A stretch of 64,000 nucleotides of DNA. Source: Histomonas meleagridis 2922-C6/04-290x. Its lineage: Eukaryota; Protista; Parabasalia. Below the pieces are notes generated by a model. The model made no database searches. It worked only from the letters and a program-made list of their open reading frames with translations, and was not told the DNA's origin. The first letter of the stretch is position 1; each line of letters begins with the position of its first letter. Made by a program: the position numbers and the translations under genes. Below, piece after piece: positions 27,080-39,050 of the stretch. The stretch lies in assembly GCA_020184695.1 (NCBI GenBank), contig JAANOX010000017.1:124001-188000 (forward strand), given 5' to 3'.

Positions 27080-29206
27080 CTATAGTTCTTTATCAATTTC
27101 TGTATCGTCGTTGACACTTTTGCCATTTTGTTCTTCTTTTCCATTGTCATCTGCGCCCGAGCGATCACTCTCCTCATCAATTTTTTCCGTATTATTATCT
27201 TTGGACGCATCCTCTGTGTTATTGATTTGCACATTTTCCATATTATTGTTTTGAGCATTTTCTGTGTTACCATTTTCGTTGTTTGTAATTTCTTCTGCAT
27301 TTTCTGTGTTTTCACTTTGAGTATTTTCATTGTTAATATTTTGAGTATTTACATTTTCTGTGTTATTATTTTGCGTATTTACATTTTCATTATTAATATT
27401 TTGAGTATTTGTATTATTAATGTTACTATTTTCATTACTTAAACTTTCTTCTGTATTTTCATTGTTAATATTTTGTGTATTTCCATTTTCATTATTATTA
27501 TTTTGTGTGTTCAAGCTTTCTTCACTTTCTGAGTTATTACCATTATTCTGCGCATTTCCGTTCTCTATATCCAATCCGGGCTTTGCCAATATCATTACAG
27601 ATTCCACGACTGTGCAATCAGCCCAAGAGGACGCATGCAACACCGGCGGCGGCACATCTTCAGTGATAAATTTCATTATTCTCTCTGCGTCTTCTCTGGA
27701 TAGAGGAACCTTTCTATTCACGCGTGGAACATTATAAATTATTTCTCTTCGTAAGTCATCATTATTTTTTTCTCTTGTGACGCAGCATCCCGCAAGTTCT
27801 TCAGCGTCTTTAATTTCATCCTTTAAATTTGCCCTATCGAAGTTATTACAATAAAAACTTTCTTTCCACCATTTCGGATCACTAAACACGAAAATCGGAG
27901 TAAATTTTACAGGATCTTTAAAACGTTTCCTTAATACTTTTATTTCAGGACTTGTTCTTTTCTTATAAAATAATATATAACATTGACTATTAAGTACCGT
28001 CTTTAAATCGACTTTAGTAACATTATCATCGTTATATAAATACCATTGATTATGAGTTTTGGCATAACATTGATAATGGCCGACATTCATTAAGCCAACA
28101 TGAAATATAACGGCGACAAGATCATATACAGTCCTTGTGCATGTAATGTTCATTGGTAAAAAATGTGAAAAGTCAACGTTTTCATGTGGAAATGATACGT
28201 TTTGATGCATCTTCCCAATGCCAAACCATCGCCTCCCATAACGTGTAACTTGGATTGTAAATATTTCGGGAAGTTCTTCTAATACTTGGAACATTTCACA
28301 ATCATTTGACGAACATTGTTCACATTCACATTGCGTAGATATGAACAATGATTGTAACCCTTTTTCCATTTGGATCGATTCAGATGTTCCATGATTTAAT
28401 ACGGAAACAAATGAGCTCCCAAATGTCCCATTCGCTTCCGACCTAAATACATCATCTGTACATCCATATGATCGACACATGTATTCCGATGTACGTGGTA
28501 ATCCTTCCCATCCTTCAGTACGTATTGGCACTGATAAGAATGAGAATTCATCAGAGAATTCGCGATGGTTTCCACATTTATGACAGACAATATGCGTTTT
28601 GGTTTTGCCAACAAGAATTTTCTTAAGTAATGGATCTTGAGTCATGGAACCAGTTAATAATACATAAAACTCAGAGGCATCTTGATGAACAGTTGGACTT
28701 AGTTCTGTGATTAATTGATGAATGATTTTATTAAATGAACTACTCTGATTACATGCAATGGAAAAGGTACGGCATAAGGGGAGGTGTGAAAGTGATGATG
28801 CAATAACAACTGGTCGACAATTGGAAAGGGCGGCAAAAACTGAATTCGCATAACAACTACTCCCTAAATTTTTGAAACCACAATGAAGCTTCTGAGCAGG
28901 AATAGAGGGAACAGCTAGACATGTAGTAAGTATGAACTTTTTGGGACATTCAAAACGTTTTTTACATTCAAAACATAAAATGTTAAAAGGATAAACAAAG
29001 TAATAAAGATAGTGTGAAGTATTCTTATAATGTTCTTGAACACTCTTTTTGTTTGCAAATATATTATAACAATTAAGACATATGCAATAAGATGAATTAA
29101 CTCCTGTTTGAATTTGTAGCTTCCAAAAATCTGAAAGAACACCAGAAAGATACAAATCAGCTAAAACGCTGTCTGATTTGATTTTATGAATGCATTTTCC
29201 TTCCAT
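27080..29206 (-). CDS. Ubiquitin-specific protease (USP/C19) with N-terminal Zn finger and Asn/Glu-rich tail
   Basis: GFKNLGSSCYANS Cys box, QDASEF, GHYQCY His box, YNDDNV. Confidence 0.93.
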   Translation of the reverse strand: MEGKCIHKIKSDSVLADLYLSGVLSDFWKLQIQTGVNSSYCICLNCYNIFANKKSVQEHYKNTSHYLYYFVYPFNILCFECKKRFECPKKFILTTCLAVPSIPAQKLHCGFKNLGSSCYANSVFAALSNCRPVVIASSLSHLPLCRTFSIACNQSSSFNKIIHQLITELSPTVHQDASEFYVLLTGSMTQDPLLKKILVGKTKTHIVCHKCGNHREFSDEFSFLSVPIRTEGWEGLPRTSEYMCRSYGCTDDVFRSEANGTFGSSFVSVLNHGTSESIQMEKGLQSLFISTQCECEQCSSNDCEMFQVLEELPEIFTIQVTRYGRRWFGIGKMHQNVSFPHENVDFSHFLPMNITCTRTVYDLVAVIFHVGLMNVGHYQCYAKTHNQWYLYNDDNVTKVDLKTVLNSQCYILFYKKRTSPEIKVLRKRFKDPVKFTPIFVFSDPKWWKESFYCNNFDRANLKDEIKDAEELAGCCVTREKNNDDLRREIIYNVPRVNRKVPLSREDAERIMKFITEDVPPPVLHASSWADCTVVESVMILAKPGLDIENGNAQNNGNNSESEESLNTQNNNNENGNTQNINNENTEESLSNENSNINNTNTQNINNENVNTQNNNTENVNTQNINNENTQSENTENAEEITNNENGNTENAQNNNMENVQINNTEDASKDNNTEKIDEESDRSGADDNGKEEQNGKSVNDDTEIDKEL
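27240..27560 (-). repeat. Imperfect tandem coding repeats (NTQNINNEN-like) in the USP tail
   Basis: Repeated NTQN(I/N)NNEN units in the translation. Confidence 0.7.
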
Positions 29207-29580
29207 GACAACTTATTTTAGCAATAGTCACTTTTTTCTGAAAATGAAAAAAAAAACGATAGGATGTTTGAATTACATATTGCCATTTTGAGCCTCAAAT
29301 ATTTGTATTAAATCATGTCATTCAAAAATCCGACCCCAGGATCCTATCGGCACATTACTTTTTACTGTGGAGATAACCGACCGTTAAAACCCCGCCAAAA
29401 TAACCGTAAAAGTGGTAGCTCTAAAATGTCACTTTTCTTTAGGCCCAAAAATTTTTCATAAGAGCAAACGGTCATTTTGTGGACTTTCTGTGAAAAATCA
29501 GAGCCGTTTCGATTTAAATATCGCGATATTCATGAATTTTCAAATAAACCGTATCGCGAAATAGTGTTTTTCTCCTTGCA

Positions 29581-32500
29581 ATGGGAAACAACGAAAGCAA
29601 TCCGCCACAACTCATTAGTAATCCAGAATTAAGACAAATAAAATGTCAAAATCCAGAATATATGCAAAGGTTACTATATCTTGAATATTATCTCTTTAAT
29701 CTCAATGACAATAATTTTGAAGATACTGCCTGTAAGGTCCTAGCTTATTTTGATCCAACTTATAGTTTTACTTGGACAGCCATTGTTTTTAATTTAATTT
29801 TTACGTGCTTTCATTCAAATCACGGAAATGATTTCAAAATTTATGTTAACTTTATAATAAACCTTACTGAAAAAATTGGAGACGATCTTCAAATGATGGA
29901 ACGTTTTGTACAATTTCTTTGTGATACAGCACGTTACAAACAAGAAGCAAAATATTTTCTTCAGATGTTAATTGAAAGTGATATTATTAAACCAGAAAAA
30001 GTTTTAAGAATAAGAACGTTATATTTTTCGCATTATAAAACAGAAGCTGCTATTAAAAGATGTGCTAAAGATGTTCCTTTTTATGAGCAATTCTTTAAAT
30101 CATTTGATGAACTTAAGAAAGATAATTGGAAACTACATAAAAACCTTGTTCATGACGGAGTTAATCCCTCCCAAATAGCATTAATTATTCGAAATGACAA
30201 TATTGAAAAACTTCAAGAAATGTCTACACAAGCCAATTTTGACTTTAATCAAAAAATAGAACCATCTCTTTATGAAAGATGTTCTCTTGTTAATCAAAAA
30301 AGTGTATCACTTATTAATTATTCTGCATTTTTCGGATCCGTTAAATGTTTCAAGTTTTTATTGCAAAATGATTGTGATACATCTGATGCATGTAAATATG
30401 CTATTGCAGGAGGAAACTTCGAAATATTACAACTTTGTGAGCAATATCATTTATCGTTTGATAATACAATAGAAACAGCAATTGAATATCATCGGAATCA
30501 AATGATTAAATATCTTTATGAAAATAAAATCGTTATATGTAATGATCTTTCTCAAATAGGATTTTTATGCGTTATTCATAGAAATTATGAAATTCTTGCA
30601 TATTTAGAAAGCTATGGAATGCTTATAAATGATAAAATTATGAATAAGGCAGCTATTATAGGGAATTTATATCTTGTTAAACACTTTGTAGAAGGGAATA
30701 AAATACCAAAAGATATTTTACCATATGCTGCATTTAGTAGAAATGTTGAAGTTGTAAGATATGTTCTTACATTTGAAGAAATTGATCTAAATGCAAAAGA
30801 TATTTATTTGTTTCGCCTGATGTTTTCTTATAGTTTTTAATATTTTTATTTTCCACTTGGAAATTATTTTAATTATTTTATCCTGCATTAATAAATTCTC
30901 AAAGCAGATATAATAAAGAAATTTTTAGTTTGCTTCTAAATCAATATACAATTGATGTTAATATTAGAGATATATTTTTGTATTATATGTAATTTGTTTG
31001 AATGAATTAATATTTTAATTAATATTTATGAAATTTATTCATTTTATTTTATACACCATTTGTTTTTGCTGCTTCTTCAGGTAACACTGAAGCTCTTAGA
31101 TTAATTCTTCAAAAGGAAAATGTAAATGTTAATGCAAAAAATGTTTATTTTGATTCATCAAAGTTTAATATTATAACTTTTAATTTCCTTATATAATTTG
31201 GAATTTCTTTATATAATTACATACAGCGTTATTCCGTGCTTGTTTAAATGGATATCCTGATATCGTAAAAATACTTCTTAATGAATGTAAAATCGATATA
31301 AGAATCAAAAGTATTAAATTTTTTTATTTAATGTTAGTTTTTATGATTTGATATCACTAAAGATTATTTGGATGTTATTTTATTGATTTAAAACTGCACT
31401 TTTCATTGCTGTAGAAATGGGGAGAAATGAAATTGTTGATTTACTTCTTGAACATGGAGGATTTGATGTAAATAGCAGAGATATAAATTAGCTTTATTTA
31501 ATATTTAAAATAATAAATTCTAATTTCATTAAAATATGTGGTGTTTTTTTAATTCTTCTGATTTCCCACTTTACCATGCATGTAATAAAGGATATCTCCA
31601 AATTACCAAAACACTTCTTCAACAAAAGGGAATTAATATTAATGCTAAAAATATTTATTTGTTTAATTTAAAGTTTATTATCAAAAAATAAGGTATTTAT
31701 TTGATATTTTTAGGAAATTGTTTATGATATTTATTACACCACTTATAGCTGCAGCTACACATGGTTATTATGAAATAATTCAATTACTTCTTGAACAAAA
31801 AGGAATTGATGTTAATGCTAAAGATATTTATTTAAATTTATATGATGTTTTTTACAAAACCTTATAGTTAAAATGAATTATAAAATGTTAAATAAAAATA
31901 TTTGAAACAGCATTAATGACTGCAGCTTATAATGGTTTATTAAAAACTACAACAATACTTCTTCAACATAAAGGTATTAATCTAAATGCAAAAATTTGTT
32001 TATTTAATATGATATTTTTTTGGGAATTATGATGTTTAAATATGTTATAACTTGTTTTTTTAAATTAAATAATTCAACAGCACTAATTATAGCAGCTAAA
32101 AAAGGTTATTTTGAATTAGTTAAATTACTTCTTGAACAAAAAGGAATTAATACCAAAATTAAAAATACCGTTACTATTGATAATTTTACATTTCATAACA
32201 ATATTTGGTGTTTATTTTAATCATTTAACACAGCATTTATGGAAGCAGTTGCTCATAATTGGTTGGTAACAGTCAAAATATTCTTAGAAAATAGTAATGT
32301 AGATATTAATGACAAAGGAATTTTAGTTCTTTATTTGAAATTTCTTATAATAATTTCATATTTCAAAATAATGTATAAAATTTATTTTTATTATTTGAAA
32401 CAGCACTTCATAAAGCAATTACAGTACATAATTACGATATGGTTAATCTATTTCTTCAAAGAGGAATTAATATTAATGCGAAAGATGTTTATAAATTTTA

Positions 32501-32966
32501 TTTGAAATTAATAAAAATTATATCTTGTTTCATAGAAATAATTGGAATTTAATCAATTTTTTTGAGACTGCTCTATTCAAAGCAATTCGTTTAAATGAAG
32601 TAAAGATTGCTAACTTACTTCTTCAACAAAATAATATTGAAATAAATGTAAAAAATAACGATTTATTTTTTATGATATTTGATTCAATAATTTGAAGTTT
32701 CAAAATGATATTTGGAATTTTATTATAAAATAAAACACACCTCTTATGATAGCTGCTTACACTGACAATATAGACATCGTTCAGATGCTTCTTGATAAAG
32801 GTGCTAATAAATATGAGAAAAATTTATATTCTTTTAGTATAAAGATTATTTAACTCATTTAAAATTTCATAAAAATTTTTGGAATATCTTCAATTTTTTT
32901 GAAACAGCACTCAACATTGCTCTTAGTAAAGGGCACAATGATATTGTTAAATTAATCAATAACTAA
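29581..32966 (+). CDS. DUF3447-like + ankyrin gene 2; 13 diverged inserts, 51 spacers
   Basis: MGNNES start; 13 stop-free ankyrin segments at ~170-nt period; TAA at 32964-32966. Confidence 0.85.
30802..32903 (+). other. Thirteen 17-nt spacer / single-codon clusters
   Basis: Insert lengths 80,81,80,80,80,83,81,80,63,80,80,80,80; GGN exactly 23 nt before the TAL-position codon in 9 of 13. Confidence 0.88.
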
Positions 32967-33216
32967 CAAATCAAAAATAAATCACGGATAACTTCAATAG
33001 TAAATATTTCGTTGATTATGTCGGTAAATTTTATTAATCTGTATTTTAAAACTATTTTTCATCAAAATAGCAAATTTTACACTTTTCGACATTTTTTTAT
33101 GTTGATATTTTTACATTATTTTAATACTAACTATTTTTCATATTTTAGATTGACTTTCCACTTTAATACTATTCGTGAATTGTCATAATACAAATATTAT
33201 TTAAAAACTTTTTTAT

Positions 33217-35709
33217 TTACAACTCCTCTATAAATTTATGTACAAATGCCGCGGACTTTTTCAACTTATCATTTGTATCTTGCTTCAATCCCTCGTTTAT
33301 TAAGTTTTGTATGTATGTCTTACTTAGTCTTACATTTACTTTTTCTTGCAGTGCATCTCCGATTTTATATATTAAACAGTACACCTCAGACAAAACATTC
33401 TCATTAAATAACTTATGATCCCAAATAATTTTTAACACATTAAGCACAAAACCACATTTCTGCTCAAGTTCTTCAGGTGGGAAAAACGAAAATATAAATG
33501 AATAAGCTCTACAAGTGACAATCAAAAACAATAAAAGTGTTGATCGCTCAGAATTAATATCAATCACATTAAAAGAGTAACTTATTAATTGTTCCAAGTT
33601 ATTAATTGATTGAGGTGTTGGCTCATTTGTTGATTCGAGTATTAAAACCATTGCACGTATTGCATCAGGTAACATTTCTTTTAGACCTGGTTGATTTTCA
33701 TTTTCTTGGACACAGCTAAAAATAGTAGAAATAACATTCTCACATTCATTTAATATTTTTTGTCCAGCAAAATGAAACAAATTCCCAAAACATAAAAACA
33801 AAATTTTCAATGAAAACGGACTGTATTCAAAAATTGAATAGCCCTTATATAAAGTTTGCAAAACATTGCCAGAGTATTCAAAAACTTCAGAACCGGCAAC
33901 TTTCAATAGAGTCGATACGGTTAATAACGTCTCCTCCCACAATCTCGAATCTTGAATATCTTCAATCATTTTGATAAGTAATTGAAGAACAAAAGGACTT
34001 GTCGACATAATAAATTGACGACTAGCCTTATTAATTATTGTCATCAAGGTTGAGCAATAACCTATCTTAGTATTTAAAGGAACTAATAGAATTGCTCTAT
34101 AAATAAATTCATAAAGTGATTGAATGTTTTCTTCAATTGCATAAGTTGTATTACTTATATAAGCATTAAAAGCAATAAAGACAGAACGAAAAGATTCTGT
34201 AGGTTCATTAATTCGATCGGTGAACATTTTACACAAAACGTCATAATATAAATTGAGAATACTTTGATCGTTGTTGGTAGTGAAAATTGTGTAAAGCAGT
34301 TTACAATTCAATTGAATCCCAAGTTCAGATGAATTCATCGCGTTAATGCACGCGTCGATTAATAAGTTTCTTAGATTTTCTACGGGCCAGATAACTTTGC
34401 CATATGCTTTGAAGTACTTATTTAATATCCATAATGCTAAAATATGATTTTGATAAAATGATCTTTGGGTAACACAATTTAATAAATGCTCAAAATTAGA
34501 AAATATATAGTTTTCATTAAGCGCGGAAATTGGCGTCGTGGTTAACATGTAAATTGTTAAAATTGACAAATATATTCCATTATTATCTGATTGAGTTAAT
34601 GTGGAATAAAAATTTTGGATAAGCGGGAAAACAACATTGGGGTTAATTGAATTTAATTTTCGAAGAATTTTCGATGATTGAACAGAACATGTATTTTTAA
34701 AATCTTCATTAGTTTGATCATACCGAATAAATGGTAAAAAGTATGAAACTAATTGTTGTGAATATGTTACTAAATATGAATATTTGCATGAATGTTTTGA
34801 TTCAATATCAAATAAATTGTACCAAAAGTAAAAACCGCTGATGTTACCTTTTTCAATGATTTTTTTAATTGCCGATGCAATTTGTGGGAAAACATTATTG
34901 ACATTCAAAAAGTCGTGCGAAAAAAATACAATATCATTCAAAAAGTGAATAAAGGTATTGAAAATTTGTGCATCGTTAAAATGCGAAATATTTTGCTCTA
35001 ATGAATTAACAATTGCGAATATGCCCTCCAAGGGAAATAAACTAGGGACTTTGCGAAATAAAAACGCAAGTGAACTTGTAAATTCGTTTTGAAGTTGAAC
35101 AAGATTTGGTTGAGTAATTTGAATAATGGATAAAAATATTTCGAAATGTCGAATTACAATTGGCTGGAATTTGCTTGGGTTTTCTTGAACCATTGTTGAA
35201 ATTGGAAGTTGGTAAACTTCATTTAATGCATGTACTAATCCACATCTAAAATCAAATGAAGTTTTTTCGGATTGAAGGTGGTCATAAATTTCACTACAAA
35301 TATTGATAAATAAATCATAATTATTTTCAAGCAAAATAATAAGAGATATAATAAATCCACATAAGTTTCTAAAATTAGCATCACTGTACGAGAGATGTAT
35401 CATCATATCCTTTTTCAAATTTTCTTTTGTTTGCGAAAAAATTGGATCCATCCATTTTTCTCGAATCGATTGAATTGTGTGGACTTTAGGATTTATTGCA
35501 TAACATATAAGTAATACAGCTGCCATCAAAACTTTTGGATCTGTTTCATGATGGATAATTTCTAATGAATTATCTAAGGTTTCCTTAAAAGAAAGAACAT
35601 CATCCCCTAAAAAGGAAATTAAGTCTTTTTGAGCAGCGGTCATTGATTCTTCATCATTTGCATTAACATATATTTCTATTGATTCTCGTAAAGGATTTGG
35701 TGATAACAT
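33217..35709 (-). CDS. Importin-beta/HEAT-repeat protein
   Basis: 830-aa helical protein; AAQKDL, AAVLLICYAINPK..., IREKW..., TKENLK, N-terminal IBN_N-like pattern. Confidence 0.6.
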   Translation of the reverse strand: MLSPNPLRESIEIYVNANDEESMTAAQKDLISFLGDDVLSFKETLDNSLEIIHHETDPKVLMAAVLLICYAINPKVHTIQSIREKWMDPIFSQTKENLKKDMMIHLSYSDANFRNLCGFIISLIILLENNYDLFINICSEIYDHLQSEKTSFDFRCGLVHALNEVYQLPISTMVQENPSKFQPIVIRHFEIFLSIIQITQPNLVQLQNEFTSSLAFLFRKVPSLFPLEGIFAIVNSLEQNISHFNDAQIFNTFIHFLNDIVFFSHDFLNVNNVFPQIASAIKKIIEKGNISGFYFWYNLFDIESKHSCKYSYLVTYSQQLVSYFLPFIRYDQTNEDFKNTCSVQSSKILRKLNSINPNVVFPLIQNFYSTLTQSDNNGIYLSILTIYMLTTTPISALNENYIFSNFEHLLNCVTQRSFYQNHILALWILNKYFKAYGKVIWPVENLRNLLIDACINAMNSSELGIQLNCKLLYTIFTTNNDQSILNLYYDVLCKMFTDRINEPTESFRSVFIAFNAYISNTTYAIEENIQSLYEFIYRAILLVPLNTKIGYCSTLMTIINKASRQFIMSTSPFVLQLLIKMIEDIQDSRLWEETLLTVSTLLKVAGSEVFEYSGNVLQTLYKGYSIFEYSPFSLKILFLCFGNLFHFAGQKILNECENVISTIFSCVQENENQPGLKEMLPDAIRAMVLILESTNEPTPQSINNLEQLISYSFNVIDINSERSTLLLFLIVTCRAYSFIFSFFPPEELEQKCGFVLNVLKIIWDHKLFNENVLSEVYCLIYKIGDALQEKVNVRLSKTYIQNLINEGLKQDTNDKLKKSAAFVHKFIEEL

Positions 35710-36158
35710 GGGCTAAGTTAACGGATTTTGAGTGGGGCGCCCCAAAATTCACTCCCATTCTCAAGATCATGATTAATGCGCATGAGCTATCATAACGAAA
35801 TAAGTTTATTGTCTTTATGATGGTGTTAGTGTTTATGCTGCTAAACAATGTAAAAAATAATAAAGATTAATTTTATATGTTAGTTTTTAATGTAAATTGT
35901 TTTATTTAAAAATATTAAATAATTAAATACACCGTGAAAAACTGTCTCCTTTCATACAGCTACGAAGAATTGCATGGAAAAAATATATAATGATCCTTGC
36001 ACTAGAAGTTATTTGTTGCCTAAAATGCAGAACATTTTAACTTTTACAATGCAAATTGGAAGTTGTTAAAAACGAAAGACTATAAATGATACATTCTTCA
36101 AAAAGGCATTGCAAGTGAAATACATTAATATTATTTCATATTTATTGATTAAACTTCG

Positions 36159-36186
36159 TATATATATATATATATATATATATATA
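36159..36186. repeat. (TA)14 microsatellite
   Basis: Direct read. Confidence 0.9.
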
Positions 36187-36354
36187 CTTTTTTATGAGAT
36201 GAAAAAAGCTCCTATGAATGACATTTTTATCAAAATATACAGGTTTCCACTGCATCTATAGATATTTTTATTGATTTTTTTTTTGTTAGGTCAAACCCGT
36301 ATCGGAATCAACTTTTTGAATTGAACTGGAATTCATTTTTTTTTCATTGTTTTT

Positions 36355-38702
36355 ATGTCTGAGAATAATATTCAGGAAATATCAACATATTTAACAGAGA
36401 AAATCATTTTTGGTTTAAGCAAAGAAAACACTTCTAAATCTTTGTTAAAAATGATTGAAATATTTGATTATAATTTTCCTCATTCTTCTAATTTAATTAT
36501 TTGTCAAATGCTATATATAGCATTTAAGATAAAAAATGATTTTGATTTATATTTAAACTTTATAAAGGAAATTGAACAATTTGAAGAAACAAATAAAATC
36601 AATTCTGAAATATATGATGTATTCACCAAATTTCTTTTATTTAAAAATTGTTCAACTTCAAATTATCTTCTTGAAAAATTACTCGAAAACAACATAATTG
36701 AACCAAAAGTTGTGTGTAATACCGATAAAATATATTTCTTGCATTATATGACACCTCATGAATTTAATAAATTTTCGTCAAGTTTTTATAGCAATGAAGA
36801 TAGTATTTTTGTTGATCATTATGAAGAACTTTCAAAAAATAATTTTGAGCTTCATAAGAAGTATATTAAAGAAGGAGTTAACCCGAATGAAATAGCGAAA
36901 ATAATTCGAAATGATGAAATCGAAAAACTCCAAGAAATATCATCTCAAGACAATTTTAATTTTAATCAAAAAATTCCAAAATCACCTTATGAAAAATGTT
37001 CATTCGTAAATAAGGAAAATGTTTCATTAATTGACTATGCAGCATTTTTTGGATCAATTAAATGTTTTAAATTTTTACTAATGAATAATGTAAATGTTAA
37101 TAACACAGGTAAATATGCAATTGCAAGTGGAAATCTTGAAATCATTCATTTATGTGAACAAAATAATTCATCATTTGAAGACTCATATAAAACAGCAATT
37201 ATGTTTCATAGAAATGATATCTTTAAATATCTTTATGAAAATAAAATTGGAAAAATTATTAATATAGAAAAGTTAGGTATTATATGTGTTTCATATCATA
37301 ATTATGAAATTTTTTCATTTCTTGAAAAAGAAGGAATGAAGATTACTGATGATATAATGAATGAAGCTGCAAAAATTGGAAATATATTTTTTATCAAATA
37401 TCTCCTAAAAAATAATCAAATTACAAAAAATATATTAAATTATTCATCACAATCAGGAAATTTGGAGCTTGTTAAATATATTATAGAACAAAAAGGAATT
37501 GATATTAATGCTAGAAACATTTATTTGTTTTATTTGATATTTATTTTAATAATTTGATATATCAAAATAATATTTAAAAATTATTGAAAATATTTGATAC
37601 AGCTCTTATGATAGCATCTAATTTTGGTTACACAGATATAGTTAAATTACTTCTTGAACAAAAAGGAATTGATATTAATGCGAAAAATATTTCATTCTTT
37701 TATTTCAAATCTCATGTTTTGTTTTAATTTTTCTAAAGATTAAATGGAATTTAAATAAAATATTACATCTAGCACTTACAGATGCTTATGAATTCGATAA
37801 CAGAAAATTATATTCATTTCTTATTCACAAAAGTTCAGATGATATAAAAGATATAGACATTTACTTATCTTATATAAGTTTTCTTTTAATAATTTATTGA
37901 TAAAGAATATTTGGAAATAATTTTAAACGTTTTATACTGCACTTATATTTGCAACTGCAAAAAACCATAAAGAAATTGTTAAATTACTTCTTGAGCAAAA
38001 AGGAATTGATATTAATACTAAGGATAATATTTTTAATATATATTGGAAATTTTTTATGATAATTTATTATTGCAAAATAATATTTGAAAATTTTTCAAAT
38101 TATTTTATACGGCACTTATGTGGGCATGTATAAAAGGGTATACAAAAATTGTTAAATTATTACTGAAACACGAAATAATTGATATAAATTCTAAAGATGT
38201 TAACATCATTAATTTGTTGTTTAATTCCTTAACATTTTGTTTTAATATAATATTTGGAAATTATTCAAATTATTTCGAACAGCATTTATTTTAGCATCTG
38301 ATTATGGTCATACAGAAACTGTTAAATTACTTCTTGAAAAAGAATGCATTGATGTTAATATTCAAGACATTTATTTGCTTTATTTAATATTTATATTAAT
38401 AATTTAAAATCCCAAAATAATAATTAAAAATTATTTAGATTATTTCGAACAGCACTTATGTGGGCATCTTATTATGGTCATACAGAAATAGTTAAATTAC
38501 TTCTTGAAAAAGAATGTATTGATGTTAATATTCAAGACATTTATTTGCTTTATTTAATATTTATATTAATAATTTAAAATCCCAAAATAATAATTAAAAA
38601 TTATTTAGATTATTTCGAACAGCACTTATATATGCATCTAGAAATGGTCATACAGAAATAGTTAAACTAATTCAATGCTATATGCAGACTTATAATATAT
38701 AA
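36355..38702 (+). CDS. DUF3447-like + ankyrin gene 3; 7 inserts, 28 spacers
   Basis: EGVNPNEIAKIIRND...LIDYAAFFGSIKCFKFL; T codons at 37599, 37769, 37936, 38109, 38279, 38449, 38619; TAA at 38700-38702. Confidence 0.85.
37519..38618 (+). other. Seven 17-nt spacer / single-codon clusters
   Basis: Decodes to RN-DDKD, KN-QNGH, ID-K-GY, KD-NEIEY, KD-VFGR and QD-NKKR (twice). Confidence 0.85.
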
Positions 38703-39050
38703 TATGGTGCAATTATTAAATAAAAAAAAATATTCATTTAGTTAATAAAATTGGGATCAAAAAAATGATTTGAATCATTTCATTTCCATTTATATATATA
38801 TCAATGTTTCCAAAATGAAAAAATCTATTCGCATAACATATATATCTTAAAAAGCTAAGAATCAATAATTTGATGCTTGAGGAAATGAAATCACTATCGT
38901 AAATATTAGTAACTTTTATTTCACTGTTCATTTCATTATGATTGGAATAGATTGTATAAATAAACTCTTCGATTTTCAAAGTAAACATCAGTCAACTTCA
39001 ATAGGAATTCCTTTTAATTTAACATTTAAATAATTACAATTTTTTTTTTA

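Noticed and set aside
30802-30881. One single 68- or 80-nt non-canonical intron per repeat
   Set aside because: Cannot be excluded without cDNA, but it does not explain Gly codons fixed at -23, consensus-like residues at -43 and -63, or length variants in steps of 17 and 20.
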